Source: Perkinsela sp. CCAP 1560/9 (taxonomy: Eukaryota > Protista > Euglenozoa: Kinetoplastea). Taken from it: DNA of 64,000 nt. The notes under the pieces are model-generated. The model did not search any database, was not told the origin of the DNA, and saw only the letters and a list, made by a program, of their open reading frames with translations. Numbering within the stretch: position 1 is the first letter of the stretch; each line of letters begins with the position of its first letter. The stretch is from the NCBI GenBank assembly GCA_965644495.1, contig CBFFSA010000002.1, forward strand, positions 1,364,001 through 1,428,000, written 5' to 3'. This document shows, piece after piece, positions 1-11,222 of this stretch. A program made the translations under genes and the position numbers.

Positions 1-1595
1 CCTAAACAATTGGAGTGGCGGTCTATTTCTTTGTTAACTGCACGTTGATAGAGCCTCCAACTCATGTTTTCAGACATCAGGAAGCCACTGTACAACCGTA
101 CTTGCGCAGGGGTAAGCTTCACATAGATCAACTTTTCAGATTTTGCTGTTAGTTGTATGCCAACGTCGTTCTTCAAGCGGCGCAACAGAAACGGTCCAAT
201 ACGGGCCTTTAATTGCTTGCTGAACGCCAAAGAGGAGTGAACATCCTTGTCGGTAGCACCTTTGTACGAACCCTGCCGGATGGGTTCCTCAAATTGGTTC
301 ACGAAGGTATCCAAATCCCCTAACAATAGAGGATTCACAAAATTAAAAAGGGACCACAATTCCGATATCTTATTCTGTATCGGTGTGCCGGTAAGTAATA
401 TCCGATGCGGTGTGCGGAAAGACTTCACGGCTTTCGCTGTTGCGCTTTCCGCATTCCGTATAAAATGACCCTCGTCGAGAATTACGTACCCAATGGACAG
501 TTTTAAAAGCTGCGGTAAGTAGAGACGAAGGGTGGCATAGGTAGTAAGCAAAATCGTATTTCTACTGGACTGGGATCGTAGTGACTCAATAAATGTCCCA
601 AGTTTGCCATCTGCTCCGACCTCCGAGGTGCGATGGAGAAGGCGTACGCGCAAGTGAGGGGCCCAATACGACATTTCTTGCATCCACTGGCTCATTATGG
701 TAGCTGGACAAGCTAGTAAGACATACTCGGCCATTAACTGGGAGTGACCCAAGGAACCCAGAAAGCCAGCCGTGATCACCGTCTTGCCAAGGCCCATCTC
801 ATCGGCCAGGATGCCGCCAGTGTTCAAAGAGTGTAGTTCCCATAGCCATTGTACCGCAACGCGTTGATAAGGGTACAACAGCGTCCATACACCAGGAGGA
901 ATGAAGAGCCCTCCAGGAAATGAGACACACTGGGATTTGGCCCGCCCGTCTTTCCATACCTCAGACAAGTTGGTTGGCGAGGAAGGAGACTCACTGGACG
1001 TGTCGTTGTATTCTTGAATCACCTCTTCAAATAGATTATAGAGCTCCTGGTTCCAGATTTCAGAAAGTTCGGTGTCCTTGCGCGTAGATTTCTTTGCTGT
1101 TGCACCTCGTTTATGTATACTGCGAATTGGGCTTTCCCCTATTTCGTTCTTTATGCGATAAGTAGGTATTGATGGTGATTCACTGCGTTCCCGTTTTCCT
1201 TTGCAAGCTAAAGAAGATCTATTTCTAAACCTGGAAGCAGAATGAGAACTGTTACTAAAAATTCGTTCAACTGGCATAGTGGGATTTACTGAAACGTGAC
1301 CAGCGTTGTTTTGACGTCGTAAAATTGGATAACATTCCTCCAGAGTATCTCCGAATTCTGACTGCAGAGATGGTTTTCTGATTCGCGTTGAACGTTCAGC
1401 ATCAACTCCCGGTGATAAACACGTAGATTGGGACAGGACTTTGGGAAATTTTTCGAGCTCTATATGAGACGCCTCTTCATTATCCTTCTGGAGACATGTG
1501 CCGCACTTGCTTTGAAGTTCTAGGGTATTAGAACCCTTCAATAACTCCACTTCCGCATTGTTTTTCTTTGTATGAAGCGACCGTGTGGGTTGCAT
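1..1595 (-). CDS. ERCC6: SNF2-family helicase, CSB/Rad26 (ERCC6)-like; runs off the left edge of the window
   Basis: Manual minus-strand translation gives LYPYQRVAVQWLWELH, GGILADEMGLGKT (~818-780), VILDEGHFIRN, HRILLTGTPIQN and FLLRRLK. ATG at 1595 is in the same frame. Absent from the ORF track because there is no stop in the window. Confidence 0.85.
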   Translation of the reverse strand, partial: MQPTRSLHTKKNNAEVELLKGSNTLELQSKCGTCLQKDNEEASHIELEKFPKVLSQSTCLSPGVDAERSTRIRKPSLQSEFGDTLEECYPILRRQNNAGHVSVNPTMPVERIFSNSSHSASRFRNRSSLACKGKRERSESPSIPTYRIKNEIGESPIRSIHKRGATAKKSTRKDTELSEIWNQELYNLFEEVIQEYNDTSSESPSSPTNLSEVWKDGRAKSQCVSFPGGLFIPPGVWTLLYPYQRVAVQWLWELHSLNTGGILADEMGLGKTVITAGFLGSLGHSQLMAEYVLLACPATIMSQWMQEMSYWAPHLRVRLLHRTSEVGADGKLGTFIESLRSQSSRNTILLTTYATLRLYLPQLLKLSIGYVILDEGHFIRNAESATAKAVKSFRTPHRILLTGTPIQNKISELWSLFNFVNPLLLGDLDTFVNQFEEPIRQGSYKGATDKDVHSSLAFSKQLKARIGPFLLRRLKNDVGIQLTAKSEKLIYVKLTPAQVRLYSGFLMSENMSWRLYQRAVNKEIDRHSNCL

Positions 1596-1985
1596 ATAAG
1601 TAGGATACGAGGGCCAGAAACTATACTACGAATGAATATACGAAACATTTATGGAAAAAACACAGAAACTTCTTACATCTTTTATGGCACTGACTTACTA
1701 TTCCTGGAGTAACGCAACAATAAAACCCATAATGTTCAGTACAGACTATACTACAAGTACTGATTCAATAGATTTCTCCATAAACGTTCGAGGTATGAAC
1801 CTCGGTTGGGATTGAAACAAAATTGAAAACTATTGAAAATAGACCATTGAAGAACCAAAAAATAAAAGCGGATGAATATTTTCTGTGATACTTCTGTGAA
1901 ATGGTATCTGCACACGAAATGTGTCCTTAGTTGGAACAGTTTCATATGAATTACACGTCTGATTATCTTCACAGGAGGACCATTT

Positions 1986-4718
1986 TTACGCTGCTGTACC
2001 AGTCGTCAGTGATTCCACGAAACGGTTACTCAAAGATGTAGCAACGCCCTCTGACGAGCACTTAACCTTCAGATTACCACTGAAAATTTCCCCATCCTTT
2101 GAGAGGCAAATATGAGTGAGGACAATGTCGTTAAAGAGTGTGCGCGAAGCTGATACCGTACACTGGATAGAAGTTGTATCAGATTCCGCACAAAGAGACT
2201 TGCCATCTTTCAGGTTTAGTTTCTCACAACAGTGCCAATCATTTCCCTTGAAAAGCTTTTGAAATTTGGACACAACTTGGTGCCTCTCTTTTGTCCAAAG
2301 CTCCGTAATTGTTTCAGGTCTACATGGTAACTGCATCATTTCTAAATGGTCCGTCGGATCAACCGATATCTCAAGTAGGGTGTGCGTATTCGAGCTCGTG
2401 GTCCCTGCTTGAGTTTCATAGCTCACTTCTGGAAAAACTATTATTTCTTGCGTACTCTTAATCTTGAGCGTAGCCCGAACGGTAGTAAAATCTCCTGGAG
2501 AGACGTTACACGGTGAAAATTTTTCAATAAAAGAAACTGCTTCACTTTTCTGTGCTGAAGTACGAGCTGACAGCCCCAGCTTAAGATTCAGCATGGGTGA
2601 AGACGTTTGATTCACAATCAGAAACACAAAGGTAACGACGGGAGTTTTAGTGGACACCGCGCACTCCACATACAAAGGTTCACCGAAACCAGTTAATGCA
2701 TGGAGCACTCCTTGTGAGCTATGTATTCCCTGCTGCATTGCATCCAGAAGTGGTAGGGTATCCGAAGTATTGTCAGCACCGCTCACCGCCAGGGCGAGCT
2801 CTTCATCTTCAGTTTTTCTCGTTCCCATCTCGCGGCTTACAGAAGGATGCGGAAGCATCGAGTACGATAAGGGAACATCAATTGAGGTTTCAGAAGGGCG
2901 CACCACGATAGCATTCTCTTCTGGCAAACAGTTTGACATTGGCAGTGATAAAAGATGTAATCCTGTTCCTGATGAATTAAGAGCTGAATCCATGTGTAGC
3001 CTTCGCAAGAAAACAACTTGATTAGCTGAATCAGAGTCAAAAAGAGCAGGGCGTCCAGCAACTAGAATGTACAGTTTTTCTAGACATGCCCGAAGCAGTA
3101 ACGCATCGTTCTCTTCTACTTGTTCATTTGAGAGCGACATAACATCGGAAAGAAGCTGTCCTACCAAAGACGCAAGACAAGAAACTGTGGGTCCTATTTC
3201 ATCAATTGATCTGTTTCTCTCCATTTCACAGTCCGATAGATTTTGTGCAATCTTTTCAACCGCATCACAAACCTGAGAAGCGTGTTTCGGTTGCACAAAC
3301 GCTCTCAAAGTGTTCAACACTTGCCGCCCTGTAGGCTGACCATTGCATACAAGTACCTGTGATAAGAGTTCTCGAATATAGTTGTCGCGATCCTGATCTG
3401 AAATGGATTTAAGGGCAACGGTCAACAAATGCGTGAAATACCGTCCCACATTAAGATTCACCTTCTTAGTGGCGAAACGCACAAATTCTTGCGCTACTTT
3501 CTCTGGGAATTGTCTTAAAATCTGTTCTATGACGTGGGCAATGTATTCCAGATATGCTTCTTGCTCCGACTCAGTAGTTTCTAGCATTCTATTTTCCAAA
3601 CAGTCGATTTCGTAAAGTAAACAAGTCAAAAGCTGGTTCGCCGAATTTTCTGAAATCCAGAACACTATAAATTTTAGTAGTCGACTGCGAATTTCATATG
3701 GAAGCGTTGTACCTTCCAAACATCGTATCATCGTTGTCATTGCATGCGACATGCAATGAGGAGGCAGACTCTTGAACTTTTCAAGCTCCTTCAAAACAAC
3801 TTGTTTGACACTTAAATCCTCGTGAGTGGCCATGAGATCAGAATAGATCTCTGCAGCACTCTGCATCGCGCTTTCCGAGCCTGATATGCGTGGCAGTAAT
3901 TGTGCGCATGAAAATTGCACACTAGGGTCCATGTTTCGAATTTGTAACAAGTAAGATAGTAGATAAGCCCCAGGCGCACGTAGCCCAGCGTTGTTCCGCA
4001 ACTGAGACCCTAGAACACGGAGAACGGTATTCCAAAAGGATACATTGGCCGGAGTAACGTCACGTGGTATGATACTTGATGGTGTCCCAGATGCCACACT
4101 TTGCAAAAGGTTTGTCAACCAAGTCGGATTCATTTCACTTAACAATTGGAACGCGCGGCATCGCACACTCCCATCATGGTCCGTAAGCAAATTCTCCAGG
4201 ACTGGTTCGATTCCTGAAACCAACGAACTGTGTTTTCGAAAAATACACGCCAGGGTATGTACTGCGGCTCTTGAAACGTACGGATGCTGGTGTCGTGAGC
4301 AGTCAACAATGCAAGGCACAAGGGGCTCTAAGAGATCTCTCTCTTGTACGGAGCACAGAAATCGGAGTGTCGCACCTCGAATGTACTCATTAGGATGTTG
4401 TAAATCGACACGCCAGGATGATATCAAAAGGAGCATCTCAGGAAGAAGTTTGCCATCACCGTCCGTCTTGTCGATTAGTTCCCAGAGGAGAAACATAAGC
4501 TTTTTAAGCTCATGGTCACCACAGGGAACGCAAAATTTGATTACGGACAATACAGTAGAGTTTACTGACTCCCCACTGATATGTAAGCGAATGATTTTTT
4601 TCAATGTATCTCTTTTTTCCGAGATATTGGCAGATTCTAAGCCTTCAGCAATTTCTTTAAAAGTCGGCGGCACTGAGCTGCAATTAAGTAATAGTCGACA
4701 AGTGTCTCTAGCCTGCAT
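1986..4718 (-). CDS. COPB1: Coatomer subunit beta (beta-COP)
   Basis: 910 aa; HELKKLMFLLWE and DLQHPNEYIRGATLRFLC adaptin-N motifs; appendage motif LTGFGEPLYVE. Confidence 0.92.
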   Translation of the reverse strand: MQARDTCRLLLNCSSVPPTFKEIAEGLESANISEKRDTLKKIIRLHISGESVNSTVLSVIKFCVPCGDHELKKLMFLLWELIDKTDGDGKLLPEMLLLISSWRVDLQHPNEYIRGATLRFLCSVQERDLLEPLVPCIVDCSRHQHPYVSRAAVHTLACIFRKHSSLVSGIEPVLENLLTDHDGSVRCRAFQLLSEMNPTWLTNLLQSVASGTPSSIIPRDVTPANVSFWNTVLRVLGSQLRNNAGLRAPGAYLLSYLLQIRNMDPSVQFSCAQLLPRISGSESAMQSAAEIYSDLMATHEDLSVKQVVLKELEKFKSLPPHCMSHAMTTMIRCLEGTTLPYEIRSRLLKFIVFWISENSANQLLTCLLYEIDCLENRMLETTESEQEAYLEYIAHVIEQILRQFPEKVAQEFVRFATKKVNLNVGRYFTHLLTVALKSISDQDRDNYIRELLSQVLVCNGQPTGRQVLNTLRAFVQPKHASQVCDAVEKIAQNLSDCEMERNRSIDEIGPTVSCLASLVGQLLSDVMSLSNEQVEENDALLLRACLEKLYILVAGRPALFDSDSANQVVFLRRLHMDSALNSSGTGLHLLSLPMSNCLPEENAIVVRPSETSIDVPLSYSMLPHPSVSREMGTRKTEDEELALAVSGADNTSDTLPLLDAMQQGIHSSQGVLHALTGFGEPLYVECAVSTKTPVVTFVFLIVNQTSSPMLNLKLGLSARTSAQKSEAVSFIEKFSPCNVSPGDFTTVRATLKIKSTQEIIVFPEVSYETQAGTTSSNTHTLLEISVDPTDHLEMMQLPCRPETITELWTKERHQVVSKFQKLFKGNDWHCCEKLNLKDGKSLCAESDTTSIQCTVSASRTLFNDIVLTHICLSKDGEIFSGNLKVKCSSEGVATSLSNRFVESLTTGTAA

Positions 4719-5060
4719 GATTACAAAATCTATCGAAAATTATGAAGAAAATAACCGAAGGAATTATGAAGAGTCATTACTATAACGAGGTAATGGAAAC
4801 GAATAAAATTTCCTACGATGTTATTCAGTAGCCTTTATGAAGTCTGTAGAATACAAAAAAAACGTGCTACGCAACACACTCTATTAAGTACGATCTATAA
4901 TCATTTTTTCTAATATCATTTTGTCATATCCTCCAAGACTGCACAAATTATTTAATAGATTCAGCTAAAGGTGTATTTACAATCTAAATTCTAGCACTGC
5001 GGTTTAGGTAGTAAACTCCAGTATAACAATGGGGTTCAAATAGATTCATCGTATGAACTG

Positions 5061-6092
5061 CTATGCATTTCCAAATATTTGGCCACCTATCGCCCTTTTT
5101 TGAGCCACAGGAAATTCTATTTGGTTTAACGAAACCGATAAACCCTGAAATAGATTCATTGCCCGAGTGATATCGGCTTGATCGCAAAATTTATCCTCTT
5201 CTTTGGTCACATTCCCTTTTTTCCAGTGATGCATCACACCCTTTCCATTCACGATATAAACACCATACCCATGCCTCGAATCATTCTCATACTGCCCGAG
5301 CGAAATTTCCTGTGCGGTTGCGTCCAGAAAAGTCAACCCCCACCCATGACGCTTCCCGTTTTCCCACCACCCCATATAGGTGCGACCACTGCTCGTCCAG
5401 TGATACACACCAAACCCATGAAAATGACCATCCATAAACTCTCCTTCGTAACACTCTCCTTGCGGATGAACCCAATACCCGTGGCCATGTTTCTTCCCCT
5501 TCCATATCTCCCCACGGTAGGACGCGCCTGTGGGAAACACACAGTGGTGAGTCTCCGGAGCTGTCGACTCTTCGGAGCCCTCCTCCGTTCCTTTCGGCTC
5601 CACCGCTCCACGGAGTTGTTGACTCACCCCCTCGTACCTCTTTCCTAACTCCTGTTGTGTCTTCTCACTCTCGAGTTGATCCACCCAGGAGGGTTCTGCG
5701 GCGGTTTGCAGTCTCCCGCAGTTCCACTGCTCCAAAACAGGGACTCCCTCCCCCGGAGCGTACCGTACCATTGGGCCATGTTTGGTACCGGCGTGAAAAC
5801 TTCCGACGGATTTAGAATTCGATTCTGCTTCGTGATTCGTAACTACGCCTTTGCCTTGCCTCAGCCCTCGAGACCACTCCCCGAGATACACCTCACCCGA
5901 GGCAGCGGTGTGGGTGCCACAGCCATGGGGTTTGTTCTGTTCGTACTCCCCTCGGTAGCCCTCCCCACTGGGATGGGTCCACTCCCCGTAGCCGTGCATG
6001 TGGGTATCCCCGAGTACGGTACCGGCGTAGGTACAGCCACTGGGGAACGTGTAGGAGCGGTACTGTAAAGGAGGAGTAACGGTGTCGGACAT
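5061..6092 (-). CDS. MORN-repeat protein
   Basis: Two clusters of YxGEWxxGxxHGxG repeats. ATG at 6092 (MSDTV) preferred over the track's upstream non-ATG start. Confidence 0.85.
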   Translation of the reverse strand: MSDTVTPPLQYRSYTFPSGCTYAGTVLGDTHMHGYGEWTHPSGEGYRGEYEQNKPHGCGTHTAASGEVYLGEWSRGLRQGKGVVTNHEAESNSKSVGSFHAGTKHGPMVRYAPGEGVPVLEQWNCGRLQTAAEPSWVDQLESEKTQQELGKRYEGVSQQLRGAVEPKGTEEGSEESTAPETHHCVFPTGASYRGEIWKGKKHGHGYWVHPQGECYEGEFMDGHFHGFGVYHWTSSGRTYMGWWENGKRHGWGLTFLDATAQEISLGQYENDSRHGYGVYIVNGKGVMHHWKKGNVTKEEDKFCDQADITRAMNLFQGLSVSLNQIEFPVAQKRAIGGQIFGNA

Positions 6093-6609
6093 TAGGAGAA
6101 AGGCATAGAGAGAGAAGAGAGAGACAGAAGGAAGAGTCGTGTTATTATAGTTGTTATACAGCAGCACTACTATACAGTTTTATATACCCCCATTTATGTC
6201 ATATTGCTACAGTTTTTCTGGGAGTACAAAGTGGGTGAAAATGGAAATAATGCCTGTTTTTAAGAGATACAGTATAACGTCTCCCCGTTTAAGCGCACAC
6301 GGATATCCCCCTTTTAAGCGTTCATTGAGCTGAGGTGCAGACGAAGGTGCAATTTTTTTTAATGTAGTAATTCAGACCCTCCTCTTTTTAAAATTTAAAC
6401 GCTCGTATGAACTCTACGAGTGTGAGTGAAAGTTTCATTGTGAAACACAGAGCAATACAATGCAGATGTGCTGTAGTGTAACATCTTTTAAGTATACATC
6501 TCTTAAGACACAGATGTACAGATGTAGTATGTGAATGTGTTGCGGAGTAAAGTAAATCCAGTAGAGTGCCTACCTTGCTTTACATACTCGTGAAGATTTT
6601 TTTGTGACG

Positions 6610-8175
6610 TTAAACTGCACGACTTCGCTGACCATGACTTTCTTTTTCATCTTTCGAATGATTTTTTTGAACCTTCAATGACTTAGCGGTCGCCTTATCT
6701 GAACTGGGGAGGTAGTATACTATGTTGCAATATTTATCACGGACACGAATTGTTGAGCCCACAGCAACGTGGCCCTGGAATTTCTGAAAGTAAACGTGAT
6801 TGATGGTGACGTGTAGCGGGATAGGGTAGACAAAATTGGATTCAGTTGGTTTCAATGAGGAGGGTTCAGACGTTGCAGGAGGTTTCTCGTGTATAGCCTC
6901 AGGTGAGCTTCGTGACGAAGAATTAGCCGAAGGGGGACTTTTTTCTCGTAAAACACCGGAGGGTGGGTGCTCCAGCCTTGACGACATATTTATTGCGCAG
7001 CTCGTTTTCACGTTACTCGGTTGAGAACTTGATATTGACAGACCGACTTGTATTTTATCAGTTTTCCATTGGATATCCCCATTGGATGTCAAGCTAGTGA
7101 GTTCCACCTTGTGATTTAATTTTTCTTTGGAGTTTAACTCATATTGTGTATCTTCTTCAGATAAAGTTTGAAGTTCGTTCTTTTTACCGGCAGGGGAATT
7201 CGGACCGCTTCCCTGCTGCGAATTTTCTGATGATTTCAAGCCTGACAAAGGCTTTTCGTGCGCTTCATCGGAAGATAATGAAGAAGATAAATTTCGGTCT
7301 TTTAATCGCTGAAAGGCGGGCTGCGTATTCAGGGGTGTATAACGCAAGTGAGGTGGTAATAGAGCTGGACTCTTCTTTGTCACTTCAAATTCCTGACCTT
7401 CCTGGCTCCAACCAGTATCGCTAGAGAGGGCAGAAGGCCATGGCTCCTCCGCAGATGTGTATAACCAGCACGCGGGGTCGCTGCGGACCTCAACGATGTT
7501 ATAACGCTCGCCTTCTTGACTCACCAGTTCCTGTTTCGGATCCGGGCCTGTATCTTGGCCGTCTATCACGAAAGTATAATAGTGCATCCCAACGGGGAGT
7601 TCCAGTAAGACATAGAACTCATCTTTGGATTTTATCATGGGCAATGGTCGCCAGCTCGAAAATGATCCCATTATACTCACGTACCGTGCATCGGTTCCTT
7701 GATATCGCAACACAGTAGGCATTACTGGAATATATTCCTGACCAGATTTGTTCGTGAGACCTTGTGCTATTTCTGACGCTTCCTTGGGATTCTGTTCCGC
7801 AGCATGTTGAATATCCGCCTCGCCAGAGGCGGAAGGGCAAGGCAAACCATTTTGATGGTCGTCAAACGCAGTTTTTTGCGTTGCCGGAACTGAAGTTGGA
7901 AATTCTCGGATGATTTCATTATGTTGCAAGTGGTTTCTCGTGGCTCGCGGTCCCTCCTGAACTCGATTGAGCTCCGAGTAATGTATTGCACTAGACAATG
8001 CCGGTGGAACTACCCCGTCTAACAGCGCGCTGTTCTTAGGGCTCTGCGCTGCCAGTCGGTTTATGTTTATAGTCGATAATCCTCGTCTTCCTCTGCTGGT
8101 GGGTGCTGTGGGTGGTGTCCCCCTAGCGCTACTCTTTTCCGCCGGACTGCGAAGATCGCTCGAGGTTTGACCCAT
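6610..8175 (-). CDS. AMPK/SNF1 beta regulatory subunit
   Basis: N-terminal MGQTSS (myristoylation-type), carbohydrate-binding module (VSIMGSFSSW...YTFVIDG), PALLPPHL and C-terminal HVTINHVY...RVRDKY. Confidence 0.88.
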   Translation of the reverse strand: MGQTSSDLRSPAEKSSARGTPPTAPTSRGRRGLSTININRLAAQSPKNSALLDGVVPPALSSAIHYSELNRVQEGPRATRNHLQHNEIIREFPTSVPATQKTAFDDHQNGLPCPSASGEADIQHAAEQNPKEASEIAQGLTNKSGQEYIPVMPTVLRYQGTDARYVSIMGSFSSWRPLPMIKSKDEFYVLLELPVGMHYYTFVIDGQDTGPDPKQELVSQEGERYNIVEVRSDPACWLYTSAEEPWPSALSSDTGWSQEGQEFEVTKKSPALLPPHLRYTPLNTQPAFQRLKDRNLSSSLSSDEAHEKPLSGLKSSENSQQGSGPNSPAGKKNELQTLSEEDTQYELNSKEKLNHKVELTSLTSNGDIQWKTDKIQVGLSISSSQPSNVKTSCAINMSSRLEHPPSGVLREKSPPSANSSSRSSPEAIHEKPPATSEPSSLKPTESNFVYPIPLHVTINHVYFQKFQGHVAVGSTIRVRDKYCNIVYYLPSSDKATAKSLKVQKNHSKDEKESHGQRSRAV

Positions 8176-8477
8176 TGCTATAAATTTTTGTGTACCTAGA
8201 AAAAGAGCATTTTTGTTTCGCTTCCCACTTTGCGGTAAATATTGTTTATACTAGTATACCAAATTTAATTTATATTGTATGAATTTTAAATTATAGTACT
8301 AGCACCCCTCTTTATCACTGTATACTAAATCACTGTATACTAAAACAACGTAGGACTACTGCTGTAGTCTTGGAGGAACCAATTCCTAGAAATTTCGGTT
8401 TCTATGTACATGTAACGTGTCATGTTGATGTGATGTACAGTTAAGATGTAATACCACTAAAATCTTGATGCCTTGGG

Positions 8478-9221
8478 TTAATATACTCGAATTTTGGTAC
8501 CCTGCACGTACCTGATACTCAGACAAGGGGGTAGTTTACTAATAATCATGTCACCCATAAGTTCCTCATTTCGATAAAGAAGAATCCTCTCCAGACCTTG
8601 TGGAAGCATGTCAAAGCGTACCATTCCGGAAAAATTGTTCTTCGCCAAGTTTAGCACCTTCAGATTCGATGGCAGGTGGCACAAATCAATCTCTCCACTA
8701 AATTCGTTCTCTGAGATGCGGAACACGGTCAAGGGAGGGGGGAGTACTGTGAGATCAACGGGGCCTGATAAAGTATTTTCCCAGAAAACAAGAATTTGAA
8801 CTGTGTGTGGCAGAAACTTCCACTGCAGTACACCGCGTAACTTACGACTGCGTAAGTCCACTTTTTCGACCTCCAATTGATCGTTACACACTATGCCCTC
8901 CCATTCACATACAGATACCTCCTGTGACCAAGATGGGACCGGATTCGTAAGATCTTGAGCAAATTGTTGAAGTAAAAATTCTGCTGGAAAAACGTTACCT
9001 CGAACTTTTCCGAGACGGACGCGAGGATTGACATCCGCTGAATTTGCAGGACGGGAAAACATAGGATGAAGTAATCTGACAAAAATTACACTACTTTGTT
9101 GGTACATTAGTAATTTGTAGGTAAAACCGAATAAAGGTCGAATTTCCAGTTGAAACACATTCATAAGAAGGGATGTATGGTATATCATATGCCATACATG
9201 GGTACTACGAATTACGTTCAT
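8478..9221 (-). CDS. Leucine-rich repeat protein (start probably downstream of 9221)
   Basis: CEWEGIVC LRR N-cap followed by NxLSGxVDLxxLP repeats. Confidence 0.85.
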   Translation of the reverse strand: MNVIRSTHVWHMIYHTSLLMNVFQLEIRPLFGFTYKLLMYQQSSVIFVRLLHPMFSRPANSADVNPRVRLGKVRGNVFPAEFLLQQFAQDLTNPVPSWSQEVSVCEWEGIVCNDQLEVEKVDLRSRKLRGVLQWKFLPHTVQILVFWENTLSGPVDLTVLPPPLTVFRISENEFSGEIDLCHLPSNLKVLNLAKNNFSGMVRFDMLPQGLERILLYRNEELMGDMIISKLPPCLSIRYVQGTKIRVY

Positions 9222-9263
9222 GCTATAATCTAATTGAGGGAAAGTGTATTATACATTACCGTT

Positions 9264-10943
9264 CTACTGCGACGCCTCCATCGTGCTCCCTTCTTCGTTC
9301 TTCGTCAAATGAGTATTGGAAAAGTGAGAAAGATAATCCAAAGTGGGAATCGGACATGCTACATCTACGTCATCTTCCTTGGAGACCCCACCAGAGATCT
9401 CAGATTCCGTTTTTGTTTCGTTTGTACTTTCCGCGACCGACTCCTTTAAGCCTTCGGTGTCCGCCTTCTTGCCCTCCTCATCGCTGCCGGGGACTGCACC
9501 TGTGCTGACGAGTACCTCCGAGGCATTACAGACGGGACCCACGGTACTAAGACACAGACTTCCGGGGCGGTAGTATCGATTCATTACATCCCGGATACGC
9601 TCGGAGCTCACTGCATCGACGTGGGTGAAATATTCCTCAAGAGAAAGACGTTTGTCGGCGTGCAGGAGCTGACGTCCAATATCTTCCGCAATATTGGTGG
9701 TGCCATCGACGTTGAGTACCAGTGCAGCTTTCAGGTTCGACTTGGCAAGCTCGAGATCGCTGTCGGAGAGGCGGGTGGAGCACAACTCGGAGAAGAATTC
9801 CATCACGGAACGGAGGTGGTGCTGGACGTTGTTCTCCTGGGGGTATCCGATGAGATACACCCCCATGAGACCGGAGTCAATGTACGGGGTGAAAAACGGG
9901 TTGAAGGTCTCTATCCGGGGATCGGGTTCCAAAACGGAGCCGCCGTCTTCGGTGGGGAAACGCATTGCAAGACACTGAGGACTACGAAAGCGTTGTTTCG
10001 ACATGAGGTCTCGATTGACACGGTTGTAGCTCCCTAGCAGATGCTGCACTACCTGCAAAGCGAAGACGTCTTCACTGGCTATCCCACAGGTCTGGAAAGC
10101 GAGTGCGAGGTGCAGTGCGGGAAGCTCTTTGGACCACAACGTGTACTGCCCACCGGTGTAGATCGCTGCGTGATTCTCCCCACGGTCGCATTTCGGAGAC
10201 AAATCTCCGAAATACTGGGAGGCCAGGGTCTCGAGGGACTTATGCGTGACACCTCCGGCCCCAACAAGCACCATGCGGGGCCCTGTGTAGTGCTGATCCA
10301 CGAAACGCACTATCATGTCTCGGTTGATGTGAGTGGAGATGTTCTGTTCGGGACCCAGAATGGTGAGACCCAGACTGCAGTCCCGGTACGCTGCGATGTG
10401 AAGATGATCCATCACGACTTCGTCCACCAGAAGTTCTACCTCTCGCATTTCTTCTAAAATGGTCGATCTCTCGCGTTCTAAATCTTTCTCTGGGAGTTTG
10501 CTGTTTCGTAGGATGTCGGCCAGAATGCTAACCGCGTCCGGGACGTACTTTTTGAACACTTTAACATAATAGCTAGTGCGATCTCGTGCGGTGTATGCGT
10601 TCAAATGTCCTCCAATCTCTTCAAACTTGCGCTCCAGCTGTGCTTTTGTCATCGAACGTGTGCCTTTGAAGTTCATGTGCTCGAGAAAATGTGCCGTGCC
10701 GTTGATCTCCGGCGTCTCATAGCGGCTTCCGGCATCGATCCACACCCCCACAGTGGCTACTTCACTTTCTGGATGCTCCTCACATGCGACGCGAAATCCA
10801 TTTGGTAGTCGCGAGATGGTCGTAGGCGGGACTTTGTTGAGGATGTGACGTACAGACTGGGTGGGGGCAAAACCGGGCCGAGGAAAGATGCGTGGAAGAC
10901 CTTTCAAATTTCCAATAGAAAGCAATCGACAACAGTAACGCAT
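9264..10943 (-). CDS. PMPCB: Mitochondrial processing peptidase beta subunit (M16)
   Basis: GVWIDAGSRYE, GTAHFLEHMNFKGT (HxxEH zinc motif), basic presequence-like N-terminus. Confidence 0.92.
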   Translation of the reverse strand: MRYCCRLLSIGNLKGLPRIFPRPGFAPTQSVRHILNKVPPTTISRLPNGFRVACEEHPESEVATVGVWIDAGSRYETPEINGTAHFLEHMNFKGTRSMTKAQLERKFEEIGGHLNAYTARDRTSYYVKVFKKYVPDAVSILADILRNSKLPEKDLERERSTILEEMREVELLVDEVVMDHLHIAAYRDCSLGLTILGPEQNISTHINRDMIVRFVDQHYTGPRMVLVGAGGVTHKSLETLASQYFGDLSPKCDRGENHAAIYTGGQYTLWSKELPALHLALAFQTCGIASEDVFALQVVQHLLGSYNRVNRDLMSKQRFRSPQCLAMRFPTEDGGSVLEPDPRIETFNPFFTPYIDSGLMGVYLIGYPQENNVQHHLRSVMEFFSELCSTRLSDSDLELAKSNLKAALVLNVDGTTNIAEDIGRQLLHADKRLSLEEYFTHVDAVSSERIRDVMNRYYRPGSLCLSTVGPVCNASEVLVSTGAVPGSDEEGKKADTEGLKESVAESTNETKTESEISGGVSKEDDVDVACPIPTLDYLSHFSNTHLTKNEEGSTMEASQ

Positions 10944-11222
10944 TTTTGTAGCTGAGAAATGAGGTAACTAGTAATACGCGAATAAGAAGATTGTTGAAAA
11001 CTATTTACACAGTTAGTAGTATAAACTACTAAAGGGCCTTGTACGATTAAATTACGGTTAAAGGGCCTTTTACGATAAAATTACATGTTATCATCCGTGA
11101 AGACACTACATAATTTCGTTCACAAAAGTAATATTTTTGATCTCGGTAAACACGTATATTTTGAACAAAGTAACGTCAAAATCTTCACTCATCGAGAGTT
11201 GAGAGGACATCTGTGCAGTACG